This document shows positions 1 to 10,086 of a stretch of DNA of 29,991 nt, piece after piece. The notes under the pieces are model-generated. The model searched no databases. It saw nothing but the letters and a program-made list of their open reading frames with translations, and had not been told where the DNA came from. Both the position numbers and the translations under genes were made by a program. Numbering within the stretch: the first letter of the stretch is position 1; each line of letters starts with the position of its first letter. The stretch is from a virus (Duplodnaviria > Caudoviricetes): positions 1 through 29,991 of the IMG/VR virus record IMGVR_UViG_3300033407_000091. The stretch is one strand, 5' to 3'.

Positions 1-4
1 CGCT

Positions 5-322
5 GTGATGGCTGCGCTGCTGGCGGGGCAGTCTATTTCCGAGCTTGCCGAAAAGTACAAGATCCCGAAGGGCACAGTTAAGGGATGGAGCTCCAAGCTG
101 GACCGAGACCCCGCAGTTCCAACCACAAAAAAAGAGGAGATAGGCGAACTGATCATCGAGGCGCTGCGCGAAAATATCCAGGCTATTCGATTCATCTCGC
201 AAACGATCCAGAACAAAGAGTGGATATTGAAACAGGATGCCGCCTCGCTCGCGACTCTATTTGGGGTGAAGTTTGACAAGGCGATGAAGGCCATAGAGGC
301 ATTCGGCGAGGCTGACGAGTAG
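5..322 (+). CDS. terS: Terminase small subunit (HTH); may be 5'-truncated by the window edge
   Basis: N-terminal HTH-like segment (QSISELAEKYKIPKGTVKGWS). Its stop overlaps the large terminase start. The frame stays open to the window start. Confidence 0.7.
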   Translation: MMAALLAGQSISELAEKYKIPKGTVKGWSSKLDRDPAVPTTKKEEIGELIIEALRENIQAIRFISQTIQNKEWILKQDAASLATLFGVKFDKAMKAIEAFGEADE

Positions 323-1710
323 TGTTTACCGCGCCGATCATATCACGCCCAACCATCCCCATGGGTCGACGCGCGCTCAATGAGGCCCGCCTTCCGTACC
401 CGAAGTGGTTTCGAACGACACTCCCCGCCGGATGGACAGAACCGGACCACATACGAATCATCAACGAGCACCTTGCGGCCGTCGAGACAGGCGATATCGA
501 CCGGCTGGCAATTCACATGGCTCCCCGTCATGGCAAATCGGAAACTGTAACCATCCGTTTCCCGCTGCGGTGGATTATTCGCAACCCCTCCGACAACGTG
601 CTCGTGACGGGATATAACGAACGCTTTGCCCGCAAATTCAGTCGCCGCATACGGAACATGGCCTCTGAGCGCGGGATGGTGGCTCAGGACAAGAGCGCTA
701 CCGACGAATGGGCAACAACTCACGGCGGAATCGTCATGGCGCGCGGCGTCGGTAATCCGCCAACTGGAACGGGATTCAGTCTAATCGTAATCGACGACCC
801 GATCCGAAAGCGGGAAGATGCAGAGAGCGAGGTCTACCGCGCGAAGACGTGGGACTGGTACACCGACGACCTTTACAACCGCCTCGAGCCCGGCGCGCCC
901 CTGGTTTTGGTCATGACTTTGTGGCATGAAGACGATATCGGATCGCGTGCAATCGCTGCCGAGCCTGGACGATGGACGGTTCTTAAGCTCCCGGCCATTG
1001 ATGACGCCGGTACGCCGCTGTGGCCCGAACGATTCGACCTACAATCGCTCGAGCGCATCCGCGAAGTCATGCGGCAGAACGAAGGGCTTCGCTCGTGGGA
1101 TGCCCTATATCAGCAGAACCCAACCCCAAAGGAGGGCTCGATATTCAAGGTCAGCGAGCTCAAGTATATCGACGCGTCCGAGTTGCCATTGCCGCCGCGG
1201 ATGCGCCTGTGCCGCGGGTGGGATCTAGGAGCGAGCGAGGGCAAGGGGGATTATTCAGTCGGGGTGCTTATTGGCCGGTCCGACGGCATGACGTACGTAA
1301 TCGACGTCGTTCGTGGGCAATGGGAGGGCGCGAATCGAAACCGGCAGATGCGAGCGACGGCGGACCGCGACGGATCTGCCGTGAAGGTCCGATTACCCCA
1401 GGATCCAGGCCAGGCAGGAAAGGATCAGGCGAAGAACCTGTCTCAGATGCTTGCCGGCGTTCCGGTAAGGACGATGCCGGTTACGGGTAGCAAAGAGACG
1501 AGAGCCGATCCATTCGCCGCGCAGGTCAACGAAGGGAACGTCGTACTCGTCCGCGCCGCGTGGAATGCTGCCTACATCGAAGAGCTTCGCGGCTTTCCCG
1601 CAGGAAAGCACGACGACCAAGTGGATGCGAGCGCTGACGCATTCAACGAACTCACGACCCGCAAGAAACCAGACTGGTCCACCGCCAAAGCCTACGTACC
1701 ACGAGTATGA
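322..1710 (+). CDS. terL: Terminase large subunit
   Basis: Walker A MAPRHGKS, Walker B LIVIDDP, YQQNP linker, RNase H-like nuclease motifs GWDLG and HDDQVDA. Confidence 0.95.
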   Translation: MFTAPIISRPTIPMGRRALNEARLPYPKWFRTTLPAGWTEPDHIRIINEHLAAVETGDIDRLAIHMAPRHGKSETVTIRFPLRWIIRNPSDNVLVTGYNERFARKFSRRIRNMASERGMVAQDKSATDEWATTHGGIVMARGVGNPPTGTGFSLIVIDDPIRKREDAESEVYRAKTWDWYTDDLYNRLEPGAPLVLVMTLWHEDDIGSRAIAAEPGRWTVLKLPAIDDAGTPLWPERFDLQSLERIREVMRQNEGLRSWDALYQQNPTPKEGSIFKVSELKYIDASELPLPPRMRLCRGWDLGASEGKGDYSVGVLIGRSDGMTYVIDVVRGQWEGANRNRQMRATADRDGSAVKVRLPQDPGQAGKDQAKNLSQMLAGVPVRTMPVTGSKETRADPFAAQVNEGNVVLVRAAWNAAYIEELRGFPAGKHDDQVDASADAFNELTTRKKPDWSTAKAYVPRV

Positions 1711-3320
1711 ACGACCAAATCAAAGCAATCCTAGCCCTAACCCGCAAGGAATACACCGACAACCTCGAAGCGTGGAAGCGCAACGAGATGCGTTTCAACG
1801 CGGGCGAGGACGTCTACGGCGAACTACGCGCTTTCCAGTGGGAAAACGTGGTCCAGACCGAAGACAACGAGACGGGCGGTCGTACGGTAACCCCAGGGCT
1901 TTCCAGCTATCAACAGCGGCAGGACGCGGCGGTGTGCGTCGAATTCGCCGCGATGACGAAGGAGAAGTTCGGAGGACTGCTATTCCAGCACTTCCCACAA
2001 GAAGACAAGGGAATGGATCTCGGCAATCTCCGGTCTGCTGAGGATGGATGGCGAGCCGAATCACTGATGCACAACGCGGACGGGACGGGCCACAATGCGA
2101 GGGCTCTGGATTCGTTCTGGCGTGACGAAATGGAAATGGCGATGGCTACCCGTTACAGGTGGATCATGGCGGAAGCCCCGGCCGGAGGGGCGCAGAGTAG
2201 AGCGGAGGAAGAAGAAAACAGGCCTTATTTCGTCGGCTTCAGTCCTACCCAAGTTCCGTACTGGTTCGAAAGACGGGGTAATCTTCAGTGTATTCGGATT
2301 CTGCTCGAGGACACGAAGCCAAGAATGGGTAGTGATGGCAAAGTCGTACACGAGACGATCACGTTCCACTACCTCATGACGAGGGAAGGATTTGAGGGCT
2401 GGGGAACGGCCGAAAACGCCGGAGATCCCAGGTTCGCATTCGATAAGGGCGGGTGGTGGCTTGTCGATGACGAGGGTGAGATTGTCACGGATGGCGAGAT
2501 GGAGATGTTCGGAGATTGGGAATCGACGGGAGGTGAAATCCCCGTCGCGCCTCTGTATTACGAGAGAGGAAAACCCGGCAGCAAGGACACCGGGATCACT
2601 CATATCGGACGAATCCAGGTCGAGTTCATGAACCAGCTCTCCGCGATGTTCTACGACTCGTGGAGCGGCGGTTCGGGTACGCTCTTCTTTGCCGGTGCCG
2701 ATAACGAGCAGTGGGATACTATCAGGCAGGCCGGGCTCTTAAATGGAAAGTGGATACCCATTCCTCCGAAGACCAGCGAAACCGGCGCTCCGGCGAACGT
2801 GCAGGTCATATCTCAGGCTGCTTTCGACGCATCTCCGGCGATCGTGTCGTCGCTGGAATGGCTGCTGAAGCTCGCCACGCAATTAATCATCAGGGAGCTT
2901 ACCACGTCTCCCGATGCATCAGGTACGTCCCGGCAACTGGAATTCTTGCAGGGCAACACGCCACGTCTATCCAACATGGCCGCGAACCTTGAGGAGTGCA
3001 TGGGTACGATGCACCGTTTCCTCGAAATGCGGTGGGGATACCCCGAGCCGGAATCGTCGGTCAAGTGGTCTCGGCACTTCGACCTCAGAACGACTCTGGA
3101 GAAGATCAGGGGAGTGTTCGAGATCATGGCGCTTTCGTCGGGTCAGAGTCCGACGCTGGTTGCGAATACGATGATTGCCGCCCTCAAGTCGGAAGGGTTG
3201 ATTCCGGATGAACCTCCGGAAGACGGGGAGGATTTGGAGGCGGTGATTCGGGAGGAGTTTTTAACGAGTTCGAGAGACCGGGCGACTGAGGTCGACGCGT
3301 TAAGTCAAGTATTCGGGTAA
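1707..3320 (+). CDS. Portal protein
   Basis: 537 aa, directly after terL with an ATGA overlap. Size and position are typical of a portal. Confidence 0.75.
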   Translation: MNDQIKAILALTRKEYTDNLEAWKRNEMRFNAGEDVYGELRAFQWENVVQTEDNETGGRTVTPGLSSYQQRQDAAVCVEFAAMTKEKFGGLLFQHFPQEDKGMDLGNLRSAEDGWRAESLMHNADGTGHNARALDSFWRDEMEMAMATRYRWIMAEAPAGGAQSRAEEEENRPYFVGFSPTQVPYWFERRGNLQCIRILLEDTKPRMGSDGKVVHETITFHYLMTREGFEGWGTAENAGDPRFAFDKGGWWLVDDEGEIVTDGEMEMFGDWESTGGEIPVAPLYYERGKPGSKDTGITHIGRIQVEFMNQLSAMFYDSWSGGSGTLFFAGADNEQWDTIRQAGLLNGKWIPIPPKTSETGAPANVQVISQAAFDASPAIVSSLEWLLKLATQLIIRELTTSPDASGTSRQLEFLQGNTPRLSNMAANLEECMGTMHRFLEMRWGYPEPESSVKWSRHFDLRTTLEKIRGVFEIMALSSGQSPTLVANTMIAALKSEGLIPDEPPEDGEDLEAVIREEFLTSSRDRATEVDALSQVFG

Positions 3321-4468
3321 TGCCAGTTTACCAAGACGAATTCAACGAAGCCCTACACGAGGCGAGACGGGCGTTCTTCCAGGGGGAGGGCGTGCCGCAA
3401 CGGCAACTCCGCGCACTATACGTGGAGTTCGCACAGATGCTCGTACGGATCGACAGGGAAGCGGGGACGGGCATTATTACGGCGGAGAGGGCGGAAGCGC
3501 TGCGGAGGTCCATACTGACCGAAATGGCGCGGTTCGGCATCAGGCTGGAAGCCCAGTTGATAGCGGGGACGAACCTCGCTGCCGAAGCTGCTGCCGCGGC
3601 CCACGGAGAAGCCTTGCAAGCTGCAGCGAGGGCGGCCGGCGTCACGATATCGCATTCGTTCGCGTCCGTACCTCGAAGGGCGCTTGAGAATATGATGATG
3701 CGGAGAGGACTTGATATCATATCGGATCGCGGTCGTGGCGGTGTCGGAAGAGGTGGTCTATCAGGGACTTTCGAAACCCTTGTGAGGCGGCGGATTCGTA
3801 ACTTACAGCCTGACGTAGACAGGATTTTAACGTCGGCTGTCGCTCGAGGCCAGAGCGCCGGAAGATTGACGAAAGAACTGGCGCTCACGATGTCCCGCGA
3901 CGATCCGGCGTTGTCGTTGGCGCTTGAACGAATAGGGGCAAGGGGATCGAGGCTGAACCGGCTTTTGCACGAAGGGAAGCTGGATGAGATTACGGATGTA
4001 CCGGAGATTCGGCGGTTGTTATATGATGCGCGAAGGATCGCCGTCTCGGAGCCGCTCCATGCTTTCCATGAGTCGAACATCCAAGGCATGGTAGAGAGCC
4101 CTGTCGTAAAACTCGTGAAGTGGTCCGTCTCGGGGAGACATGGGGGGCTGCACAGTTCCCCGGACAGTTGTGACGCCTTCGCCGATGCGGATATCTATGG
4201 GTTTGGCGCCGGGCTTTATCACCCTGGACAGGCTCCATCTCTCGCTCATCCCCACTGCGCATGTACCCTACAAGCCGTCGTTGCTCGACCCGCCGAATGG
4301 GGTGATCCGAAACCGCCGATGCAGCCGCTTAAAACCATCTCAGAGGACGGCATGAAGTCCATTCTCGGCGAAGACGCAACGGAGGCTTACGTAAAATCAC
4401 AGTCCAGGATGATGAACAACAAAATACGGGATGCTTGGACGGCTTCAAATGTGGCGAAGGCGGCATGA
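3320..4468 (+). CDS. Minor head / head morphogenesis protein (Mu gpF / SPP1 gp7-like)
   Basis: Follows the portal. Has ARRIAVSE, a CD motif and the C-terminal HPHCAC motif typical of gpF-like proteins. Confidence 0.75.
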   Translation: MPVYQDEFNEALHEARRAFFQGEGVPQRQLRALYVEFAQMLVRIDREAGTGIITAERAEALRRSILTEMARFGIRLEAQLIAGTNLAAEAAAAAHGEALQAAARAAGVTISHSFASVPRRALENMMMRRGLDIISDRGRGGVGRGGLSGTFETLVRRRIRNLQPDVDRILTSAVARGQSAGRLTKELALTMSRDDPALSLALERIGARGSRLNRLLHEGKLDEITDVPEIRRLLYDARRIAVSEPLHAFHESNIQGMVESPVVKLVKWSVSGRHGGLHSSPDSCDAFADADIYGFGAGLYHPGQAPSLAHPHCACTLQAVVARPAEWGDPKPPMQPLKTISEDGMKSILGEDATEAYVKSQSRMMNNKIRDAWTASNVAKAA

Positions 4469-4893
4469 GCGATTTAATTGACAATATCAGCGACTTTATC
4501 GGCGAAATAGACGGCATGATGCCGAAAGGCAATCATACGCTCGATCTGGCAAACAACATGGAGTATGCCGAGACGGTCCACAATAAACGAGGGCTGTATC
4601 TCTTTAACGACGCCAAGCTTCGCGAGGGGGTCGTTAAGTGGCTGAAAGAGGTTATCCAGGCCGACTTGCCGCTGAACGACAGAAATATAGTCTTGGCGCT
4701 GGATGGAGTTCGGTACGAGTATATCGGGCATCTACAATCCCTCACGGCCAAGATGCGACCGCCCGTGAAGGCTGGAGAGGGGCCACGCAAAACTCACCCA
4801 GGCGGCTGGAGTGACGTCAGTGGTCAATTGGCGAATGCATTCCAAAGCAAGATCGATGGGAAAGGATCAGTAAATCATGAATACGACGGCTAA
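4465..4893 (+). CDS. Hypothetical protein, possibly HK97 gp10-like neck protein
   Basis: ATG 4465 overlaps the upstream TGA (ATGA). Motifs NNMEYAETVH and WSDVSGQLANAF resemble gp10-like motifs. Confidence 0.45.
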   Translation: MSDLIDNISDFIGEIDGMMPKGNHTLDLANNMEYAETVHNKRGLYLFNDAKLREGVVKWLKEVIQADLPLNDRNIVLALDGVRYEYIGHLQSLTAKMRPPVKAGEGPRKTHPGGWSDVSGQLANAFQSKIDGKGSVNHEYDG

Positions 4894-5609
4894 TGCCTGC
4901 TATTAATAAGTGCACTTTGTGTGGAGACGAGTACGAAACTCAGCGGAGTAGGGCCGCAAAGAGCAAGTACTGTTCTCGACGGTGTCGAGACGAGTCGTAC
5001 CGAAAGGGTCGACACAAACCATGTGCTCAGTGCGGCAAGAAGTTCTACGTAAAGCCCGCCCTAGAGAGGGTGCGGTTTTGCTCGACAACATGTTACCACA
5101 AGAGCATGGAAGAACAGTTCGAAAAGACGTGCAAGCATTGCGGTACGGACTTCACCGTCGAGCGGTGCCGCAAGGATGAGGCGGTGTACTGCTCATGGGA
5201 TTGCGCGATGGAGGCGCAGCAACGTCCGCGCGACGAACTGGGCAATCTGCGCTGCTCTTCCTGTAAGGAGTATATGCCGCCAGATGAGTTTCACAACAGT
5301 TCGTTCACGCTAGATGGGTTTAGCCTCCGGTGCAAGGAGTGCTCACGGCATAGGTGGAATGCCAGGCGTGCAGTAATGGCGGACACAGATATCGATCCCG
5401 GATTCCTGCGACAACTCAGACACGAGGGCCAGGGGAATCTATGTGCCTATTGCGCCACCTGTCTGGATGACGTGACTCCTCATCTAGACCATAAGCAGCC
5501 TATCTCGAAAGGCGGTACCCACACACGCGACAACGTTCAGTGGCTTTGCTCCGTATGCAATGTCGCAAAGCGTGATACGCCGCATGACGAAACGATGCTA
5601 GCAGCTTGA
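4893..5609 (+). CDS. HNH endonuclease with multiple N-terminal CxxC zinc ribbons
   Basis: Repeated CxxC...(Y/F)CSxxC modules. C-terminal CAYC...HLDHKQPISKGGTHTRDNVQWLCSVCN is a canonical HNH. Confidence 0.9.
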   Translation: MPAINKCTLCGDEYETQRSRAAKSKYCSRRCRDESYRKGRHKPCAQCGKKFYVKPALERVRFCSTTCYHKSMEEQFEKTCKHCGTDFTVERCRKDEAVYCSWDCAMEAQQRPRDELGNLRCSSCKEYMPPDEFHNSSFTLDGFSLRCKECSRHRWNARRAVMADTDIDPGFLRQLRHEGQGNLCAYCATCLDDVTPHLDHKQPISKGGTHTRDNVQWLCSVCNVAKRDTPHDETMLAA

Positions 5610-5827
5610 CCAACCCCCAACCCATATCCGAAACCCGCCTATCCGGCACCATGAAACGCGGCGCCGTCCTCTTCTTCACGGCCCAGACCGGCAATAGCAC
5701 GGAGTGGCGGTACGACATGATCGTAGCCTACGTCCATCACAACGGCTATCCGATGACGGAGGCTTTACGAAAGCTCAAATGGCTCCCGCTGACGGACTTG
5801 GGGTATGCGGGGGAGTTTCAGAATTGA
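5606..5827 (+). CDS. Hypothetical protein
   Basis: Overlaps the HNH stop (TTGA) and fits the tightly packed operon. Confidence 0.5.
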   Translation: MTNPQPISETRLSGTMKRGAVLFFTAQTGNSTEWRYDMIVAYVHHNGYPMTEALRKLKWLPLTDLGYAGEFQN

Positions 5828-5829
5828 CC

Positions 5830-6378
5830 ATGTGCAACCACGCCAACAGAGAAGCCGCAATGGTCGTCGTTAAGGACGGCGTATGGTGCGATCCGTGCCT
5901 TGTGCCACTCGTGAAGGCTCTGAATGATGCCGGAATACGCACCGTAGCGTCATGCTGCGGTCACGGCCACCGACCCGGTAACATTGTACTTGAAGACGGA
6001 CGCGAGCTAGTCATTGCGCGAGATTGGAACGAGGCCCGCGAAATCGACGCGTTGTTCCCGATTGACATAAACGGCGATGCGATGACTCTCCTCGTACCAG
6101 AACACGACCCCCTGCTCGTTTACTGCCCGTTCGAATCCGGCTGGTTCGGCAGGCGGGCGTCACGATCCGAAGTCATCCGGCTGTTAGGTGAGAACGGCTA
6201 CGATGATCCTCCTGATTACATCGAGGATGCGATATGTACCGGCCACGCCCCGGAAGGCGAATTCTACGTGAGCAGCCGCAAGCCGTCGCCGGGACTATGG
6301 GCGATCATGGGCGCGGAGAAGAACGCGGATCAGGTCGCGGAAGAGCAGATGGACGAAAGCGAATCAACCAAACCATGA
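5830..6378 (+). CDS. Hypothetical protein with DPCLxxLVxALN...TxASCCGH motif
   Basis: ATG 5830 lies 2 nt after the upstream stop. Contains the conserved-looking motif DPCLVPLVKALNDAGIRTVASCCGHG. Confidence 0.6.
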   Translation: MCNHANREAAMVVVKDGVWCDPCLVPLVKALNDAGIRTVASCCGHGHRPGNIVLEDGRELVIARDWNEAREIDALFPIDINGDAMTLLVPEHDPLLVYCPFESGWFGRRASRSEVIRLLGENGYDDPPDYIEDAICTGHAPEGEFYVSSRKPSPGLWAIMGAEKNADQVAEEQMDESESTKP

Positions 6379-6791
6379 ACAGACCACCAACCAGCATGCA
6401 CCCCGATCTAGCCGTTAGCGTCTGGGATATCCTGCAAAAGCTAGCCGATGCCGTAGCTGCTGCCGACAAGGTATTGCCCGAGCATGCCGCCAAGATCCTA
6501 TTCAAGGCCGCGTATTCGGCATGGTATCGGCTCGAGGAATTCCGCCCGGCAGGTGGATGGCCCGAACAGGTGACCGATGCCTCCACGAGACCAACGGAAA
6601 ACGAGATCGTCGATAAACTCATGGCAATTCACGCGAGCGAAGAGGCGCGATCGTTGTTCGCCGACTTGTTCGGCAATGGACACATCCCGATCAGAGCGGC
6701 AGTTGACGCCGCATATCGATTCAGGATGCGGGAGTATGATAGGGATTGCCGTATCCGTCTCGAGAAAATAAGGCTAAATGAACGAGAGTAA
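6375..6791 (+). CDS. Hypothetical protein
   Basis: ATG 6375 overlaps the upstream TGA; helical composition. Confidence 0.6.
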   Translation: MNRPPTSMHPDLAVSVWDILQKLADAVAAADKVLPEHAAKILFKAAYSAWYRLEEFRPAGGWPEQVTDASTRPTENEIVDKLMAIHASEEARSLFADLFGNGHIPIRAAVDAAYRFRMREYDRDCRIRLEKIRLNERE

Positions 6792-7008
6792 ACCAGCATT
6801 CCGCTACGCCCTACCAGACTGGACCGGACGCGTCTACAGCGTGGAAACAGGCGGCGAATCCCATCCGATGCCCGGCGAAGAAGTGAACATCATGCTCACG
6901 AAAACACGCGCTCCGATATCGCTCGCTCTCATGATGAAGAACATGCCACGCGGACATAGGCTTCCGGTGGAGTTCGGCGGGAAGAAAATCACGATCACGA
7001 GGGAATAG
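6778..7008 (+). CDS. Hypothetical protein
   Basis: Overlapping operon-style arrangement. Confidence 0.55.
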   Translation: MNESKPAFRYALPDWTGRVYSVETGGESHPMPGEEVNIMLTKTRAPISLALMMKNMPRGHRLPVEFGGKKITITRE

Positions 7009-7371
7009 ATGGACTACGAAATCCTTCTCGAACAAGGTCATTGCTGGCTGTGGCGGGTCGATGCGCCCGTAAACCGCTTCACCGAAAAGGAACTGGATAC
7101 ACTCAATATCGATCCGGACGGCCCTGACGCATCTGATCCTATGGGTACGATCATCGATATCGGTGCCGCGTCGCCTCTCCGGTATATCCGTCCGTCGAAT
7201 GTCCATGAAGACGCGACGACGTTCTACGATAGGGCGGGCGAGGGATACGTGGTGTTCGTGTCGTTCGAGCAGTTCGTATCCGAGTATGTGGCCTGGCTGA
7301 GACGCCATCCGGAATTGTACGAGATCGAAGATGGTGATGATGACGGACAAAACGAGAGGGTGAAGGCATGA
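7009..7371 (+). CDS. Hypothetical acidic protein
   Basis: Abuts the upstream stop; GAGGG RBS-like sequence. Confidence 0.6.
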   Translation: MDYEILLEQGHCWLWRVDAPVNRFTEKELDTLNIDPDGPDASDPMGTIIDIGAASPLRYIRPSNVHEDATTFYDRAGEGYVVFVSFEQFVSEYVAWLRRHPELYEIEDGDDDGQNERVKA

Positions 7372-7553
7372 ACGAGTACCACGTGATGCCCGCTTTCGAT
7401 AGGCCTGGCTGGGCTGTCCGACGAACTGGCGCCCGTCGTGCCACGAAGATCCATCCCGAGAAACAGGATGCAATAGAGGATGCGAAACGGCGCGGGGATG
7501 TGGTGTACGTTCACCGAAAAGACGGGATGGTAGAGAACAGAATCGAGAGATGA
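7368..7553 (+). CDS. DUF2188-like small protein
   Basis: YHVMP...GWAVRRTGARRAT...KQDAIEDAK...VYVHRKDG pattern matches my recollection of DUF2188. Confidence 0.75.
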   Translation: MNEYHVMPAFDRPGWAVRRTGARRATKIHPEKQDAIEDAKRRGDVVYVHRKDGMVENRIER

Positions 7554-8035
7554 TCCACAGTCCCGAATACCTCGAATCCAAGTACGAAACCCGCGATCCG
7601 TGGGGCTACCGCATCCATCCCGACGATATCGAGCGGAAGCGGCGGATCCTTGCGGTCATTGAAGAACTAGTGACGACGCATACTTTTCAGCGCGCGCTTG
7701 ATATCGGAGCCGGGGAAGGCTGGATCACGGCAGAACTGCCGGCCGAAGAGATCGAAGCGATTGAGATCAGCGACAACGCCGCTTCGCGCTTCCCGGACCA
7801 CGTTCGGCGCGTCAATGCCCCTACGGGTCACTATAGCCTCATTCTCGCCACCGGGATTCTCTATGCGCACTACAATGTTGATCTCTTCCATCACTGGATT
7901 AGACGCCACGCTTCCGGCCTGGTGGTCACGTGCAATCTTGCCGATAGCGAAGTGCCGCTAGATGCGGAAACTATCTATGAGGAGCGGTTTCCGTATCGGG
8001 ATAGGGTGCAACATCTCGCAGTCTATACGCCTTGA
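7550..8035 (+). CDS. Class I SAM-dependent methyltransferase (NodS-like)
   Basis: SAM motif ALDIGAGEG; N-terminal Y...DPWGY...ERK as in NodS-type methyltransferases. Confidence 0.8.
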   Translation: MIHSPEYLESKYETRDPWGYRIHPDDIERKRRILAVIEELVTTHTFQRALDIGAGEGWITAELPAEEIEAIEISDNAASRFPDHVRRVNAPTGHYSLILATGILYAHYNVDLFHHWIRRHASGLVVTCNLADSEVPLDAETIYEERFPYRDRVQHLAVYTP

Positions 8036-8511
8036 TCCTACTTCATTCCATAGCTCCCGAAAAACCAACCTCGAATTACAACACGAGGGCGGAAGTAATG
8101 TCGTCGACCGGCCCGCTCTCCTTCGACGGCGTGTACCGGAACGTCTTCGAGAACCGGGACGCGCTGAAGGGCAGAGAAGGAATAGCGTTCGTCATTGGAA
8201 ACGTCGTCGGCAAAGACAACTCGTTCGATACGGGCCAACCTCACGAGACGTTTTGCACGTGGGAAGAACTGGTCGAGCTCGGCCTTGAAATCGGCTGGCA
8301 CACGTGGACGCATCCTGATTTACGTGCGCTGTCCGATTCGGATTTAGAGAGCGAAGTCACGCCGCCGTATCACATGCGGCATTTCGCCTATCCGTACGGG
8401 AAGTTTGACAACAGAGTAATCGATGCCGTGAAGGACGCGGGGTTCGAATACGCATGGACGGCAGGCGGGGGAGATGATTCGCAGTATCAGAGACGGAGGT
8501 GGCACATTTGA
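8032..8511 (+). CDS. Polysaccharide deacetylase (NodB/CE4-like)
   Basis: LSFDG, EIGWHTWTHPDL and FAYPYG motifs. Confidence 0.85.
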   Translation: MILLHSIAPEKPTSNYNTRAEVMSSTGPLSFDGVYRNVFENRDALKGREGIAFVIGNVVGKDNSFDTGQPHETFCTWEELVELGLEIGWHTWTHPDLRALSDSDLESEVTPPYHMRHFAYPYGKFDNRVIDAVKDAGFEYAWTAGGGDDSQYQRRRWHI

Positions 8512-9158
8512 AATACCTCGTAGCCGTCACTCCGATTTGGCGCCGTCCCGCCCTAACCACGCAGTACATCCGTCAGATGCAGCGATGGAAGGATCGCGCC
8601 CGAAACTTCTCCCTGCTTTTGGTAGGCAGCGAACGCAAGCGGTCGAAGGCGCTCGCAGTTCCAGGCACGTGGTACATCGAGCACCGAAATAAACCTCTCG
8701 GCAAGAAATTCAACGCCGGCATCAGAAAGGCTCTCGAAATGGGCGCCGATTACGTCCTGATCATGGGCAGCGACCAGTTCGCGGACGTGTCGATGCTGGA
8801 TAAATACATCGAACTGATGGAAGAGGACGTTCCGTACGCCGGTGTGCTGGATACGTACGTGCTGGACGGCACGAGGGCGCTGTACTGGAAAGGCTACAGC
8901 GATGAACGCAAGGGCATGCCCGTTGGACCGGGGCGGCTCATTCGAAGGGACGTAATCGAGTCGATAGGCGATCTGTACGCCAACGGTCTCAGCCGGAATC
9001 TCGACGGTAGCGCGGATGCGAAACTGCCCGATCCGGTCGTGTTCTCGGGCAAGCCGTACCGGTTCGTCTCGGTGAAAACCGGAGAGTCGATCACGCCTGC
9101 GCGGCGGTATAAGGGGCGGGCCGTAAAGGCGTCACTGTTTCAGGATTTCTTTGAGTGA
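8508..9158 (+). CDS. GT-A fold glycosyltransferase-like protein (paralog 1)
   Basis: TTG start overlapping the upstream stop, with GGAGGT RBS. Has VTPIWRR, KFNAG and ADYVLIMGSDQF (DxD-like region). Confidence 0.7.
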   Translation: MKYLVAVTPIWRRPALTTQYIRQMQRWKDRARNFSLLLVGSERKRSKALAVPGTWYIEHRNKPLGKKFNAGIRKALEMGADYVLIMGSDQFADVSMLDKYIELMEEDVPYAGVLDTYVLDGTRALYWKGYSDERKGMPVGPGRLIRRDVIESIGDLYANGLSRNLDGSADAKLPDPVVFSGKPYRFVSVKTGESITPARRYKGRAVKASLFQDFFE

Positions 9159-9775
9159 CTGCGTCTAAAAACATATTGGTAGTTGCCCCACATTGCGATG
9201 ACGCCGAGCTCGGCTCCGGCGGCACTATCGCCCGATACGTCGAGGAAGGCCACAGCGTCCACGTCGTCGCGCTGTCGGACTGCCGGGACTCCATCCCTGC
9301 GGGCTTACCATCCGACGTACTGAGAGGCGAAGCACGGGCCGCAGGGAGCGTATTAGGAGCAACCGTCGCGGTGTATGACTTCGCCGTACGGACGTTTCCC
9401 GAGAAAAGACAGGACATCCTCGATTACCTGCACATGCTCGGGACGACGATCAAGCCGGATCTCGTTATCTGCCCGGCGCCGTCTGACTTCCACCAGGATC
9501 ATTTGACGGTATCGCTCGAATGCTTGCGCGCGTTCAAGTGCTCTATATGGGCAACCGTACTCCCCTGGAACACCCTTCGCTCGAACGTGAACGGCTTCGT
9601 CAGACTTGAGGAAAGGCACATTGAAAAGAAGGTCGAGGCATTGAGCAAGTACGCGAGCCAATCGCACCGGGCTTACATGGACCCGGTGACGGTGATTTCG
9701 TGGGCGCGGACGGACGGGCTGCAATGCGGGGCGAAATACGCTGAGAAATTCGAGGTCTTGAGGGAGATCAACTGA
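9155..9775 (+). CDS. PIG-L/LmbE family N-acetyl-sugar deacetylase
   Basis: VVAPHCDDAELGSGG, DFHQDH, KYASQ and AEKFEV motifs. Confidence 0.9.
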   Translation: MTASKNILVVAPHCDDAELGSGGTIARYVEEGHSVHVVALSDCRDSIPAGLPSDVLRGEARAAGSVLGATVAVYDFAVRTFPEKRQDILDYLHMLGTTIKPDLVICPAPSDFHQDHLTVSLECLRAFKCSIWATVLPWNTLRSNVNGFVRLEERHIEKKVEALSKYASQSHRAYMDPVTVISWARTDGLQCGAKYAEKFEVLREIN

Positions 9776-10086
9776 TGGCGAAAGTTCGAATTATGACTAC
9801 CCAAGGCACGGGCGAGAAAAGCGCCTGGTTCTGGTGCCCCGGATGTAAGGGATATCACCGGATTCCATTTGAAAATGGGCCGGTCACATGGGATTTCAAC
9901 GGCGACGTTGACGCGCCCACGATCAGCCCCTCGATACTCACGGACGGACACCGCCCTGAGCGCCGCTGTCACAGCTTTGTCCGGAGCGGCAAGATCCAAT
10001 TTCTCAACGACTGCGGGCATGAGTTGGCAGGCCAGACCGTCGAGTTACCTGAATGGAACGTTGAAAACGAGTCGTTTATAAACTGA
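9775..10086 (+). CDS. DUF6527-like Cys/His metal-binding protein
   Basis: FWCPGC...WDFNGD...PTISPSIL...CHSFVRSGKIQFLNDCGHELAGQTVELP pattern. Confidence 0.7.
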   Translation: MAKVRIMTTQGTGEKSAWFWCPGCKGYHRIPFENGPVTWDFNGDVDAPTISPSILTDGHRPERRCHSFVRSGKIQFLNDCGHELAGQTVELPEWNVENESFIN

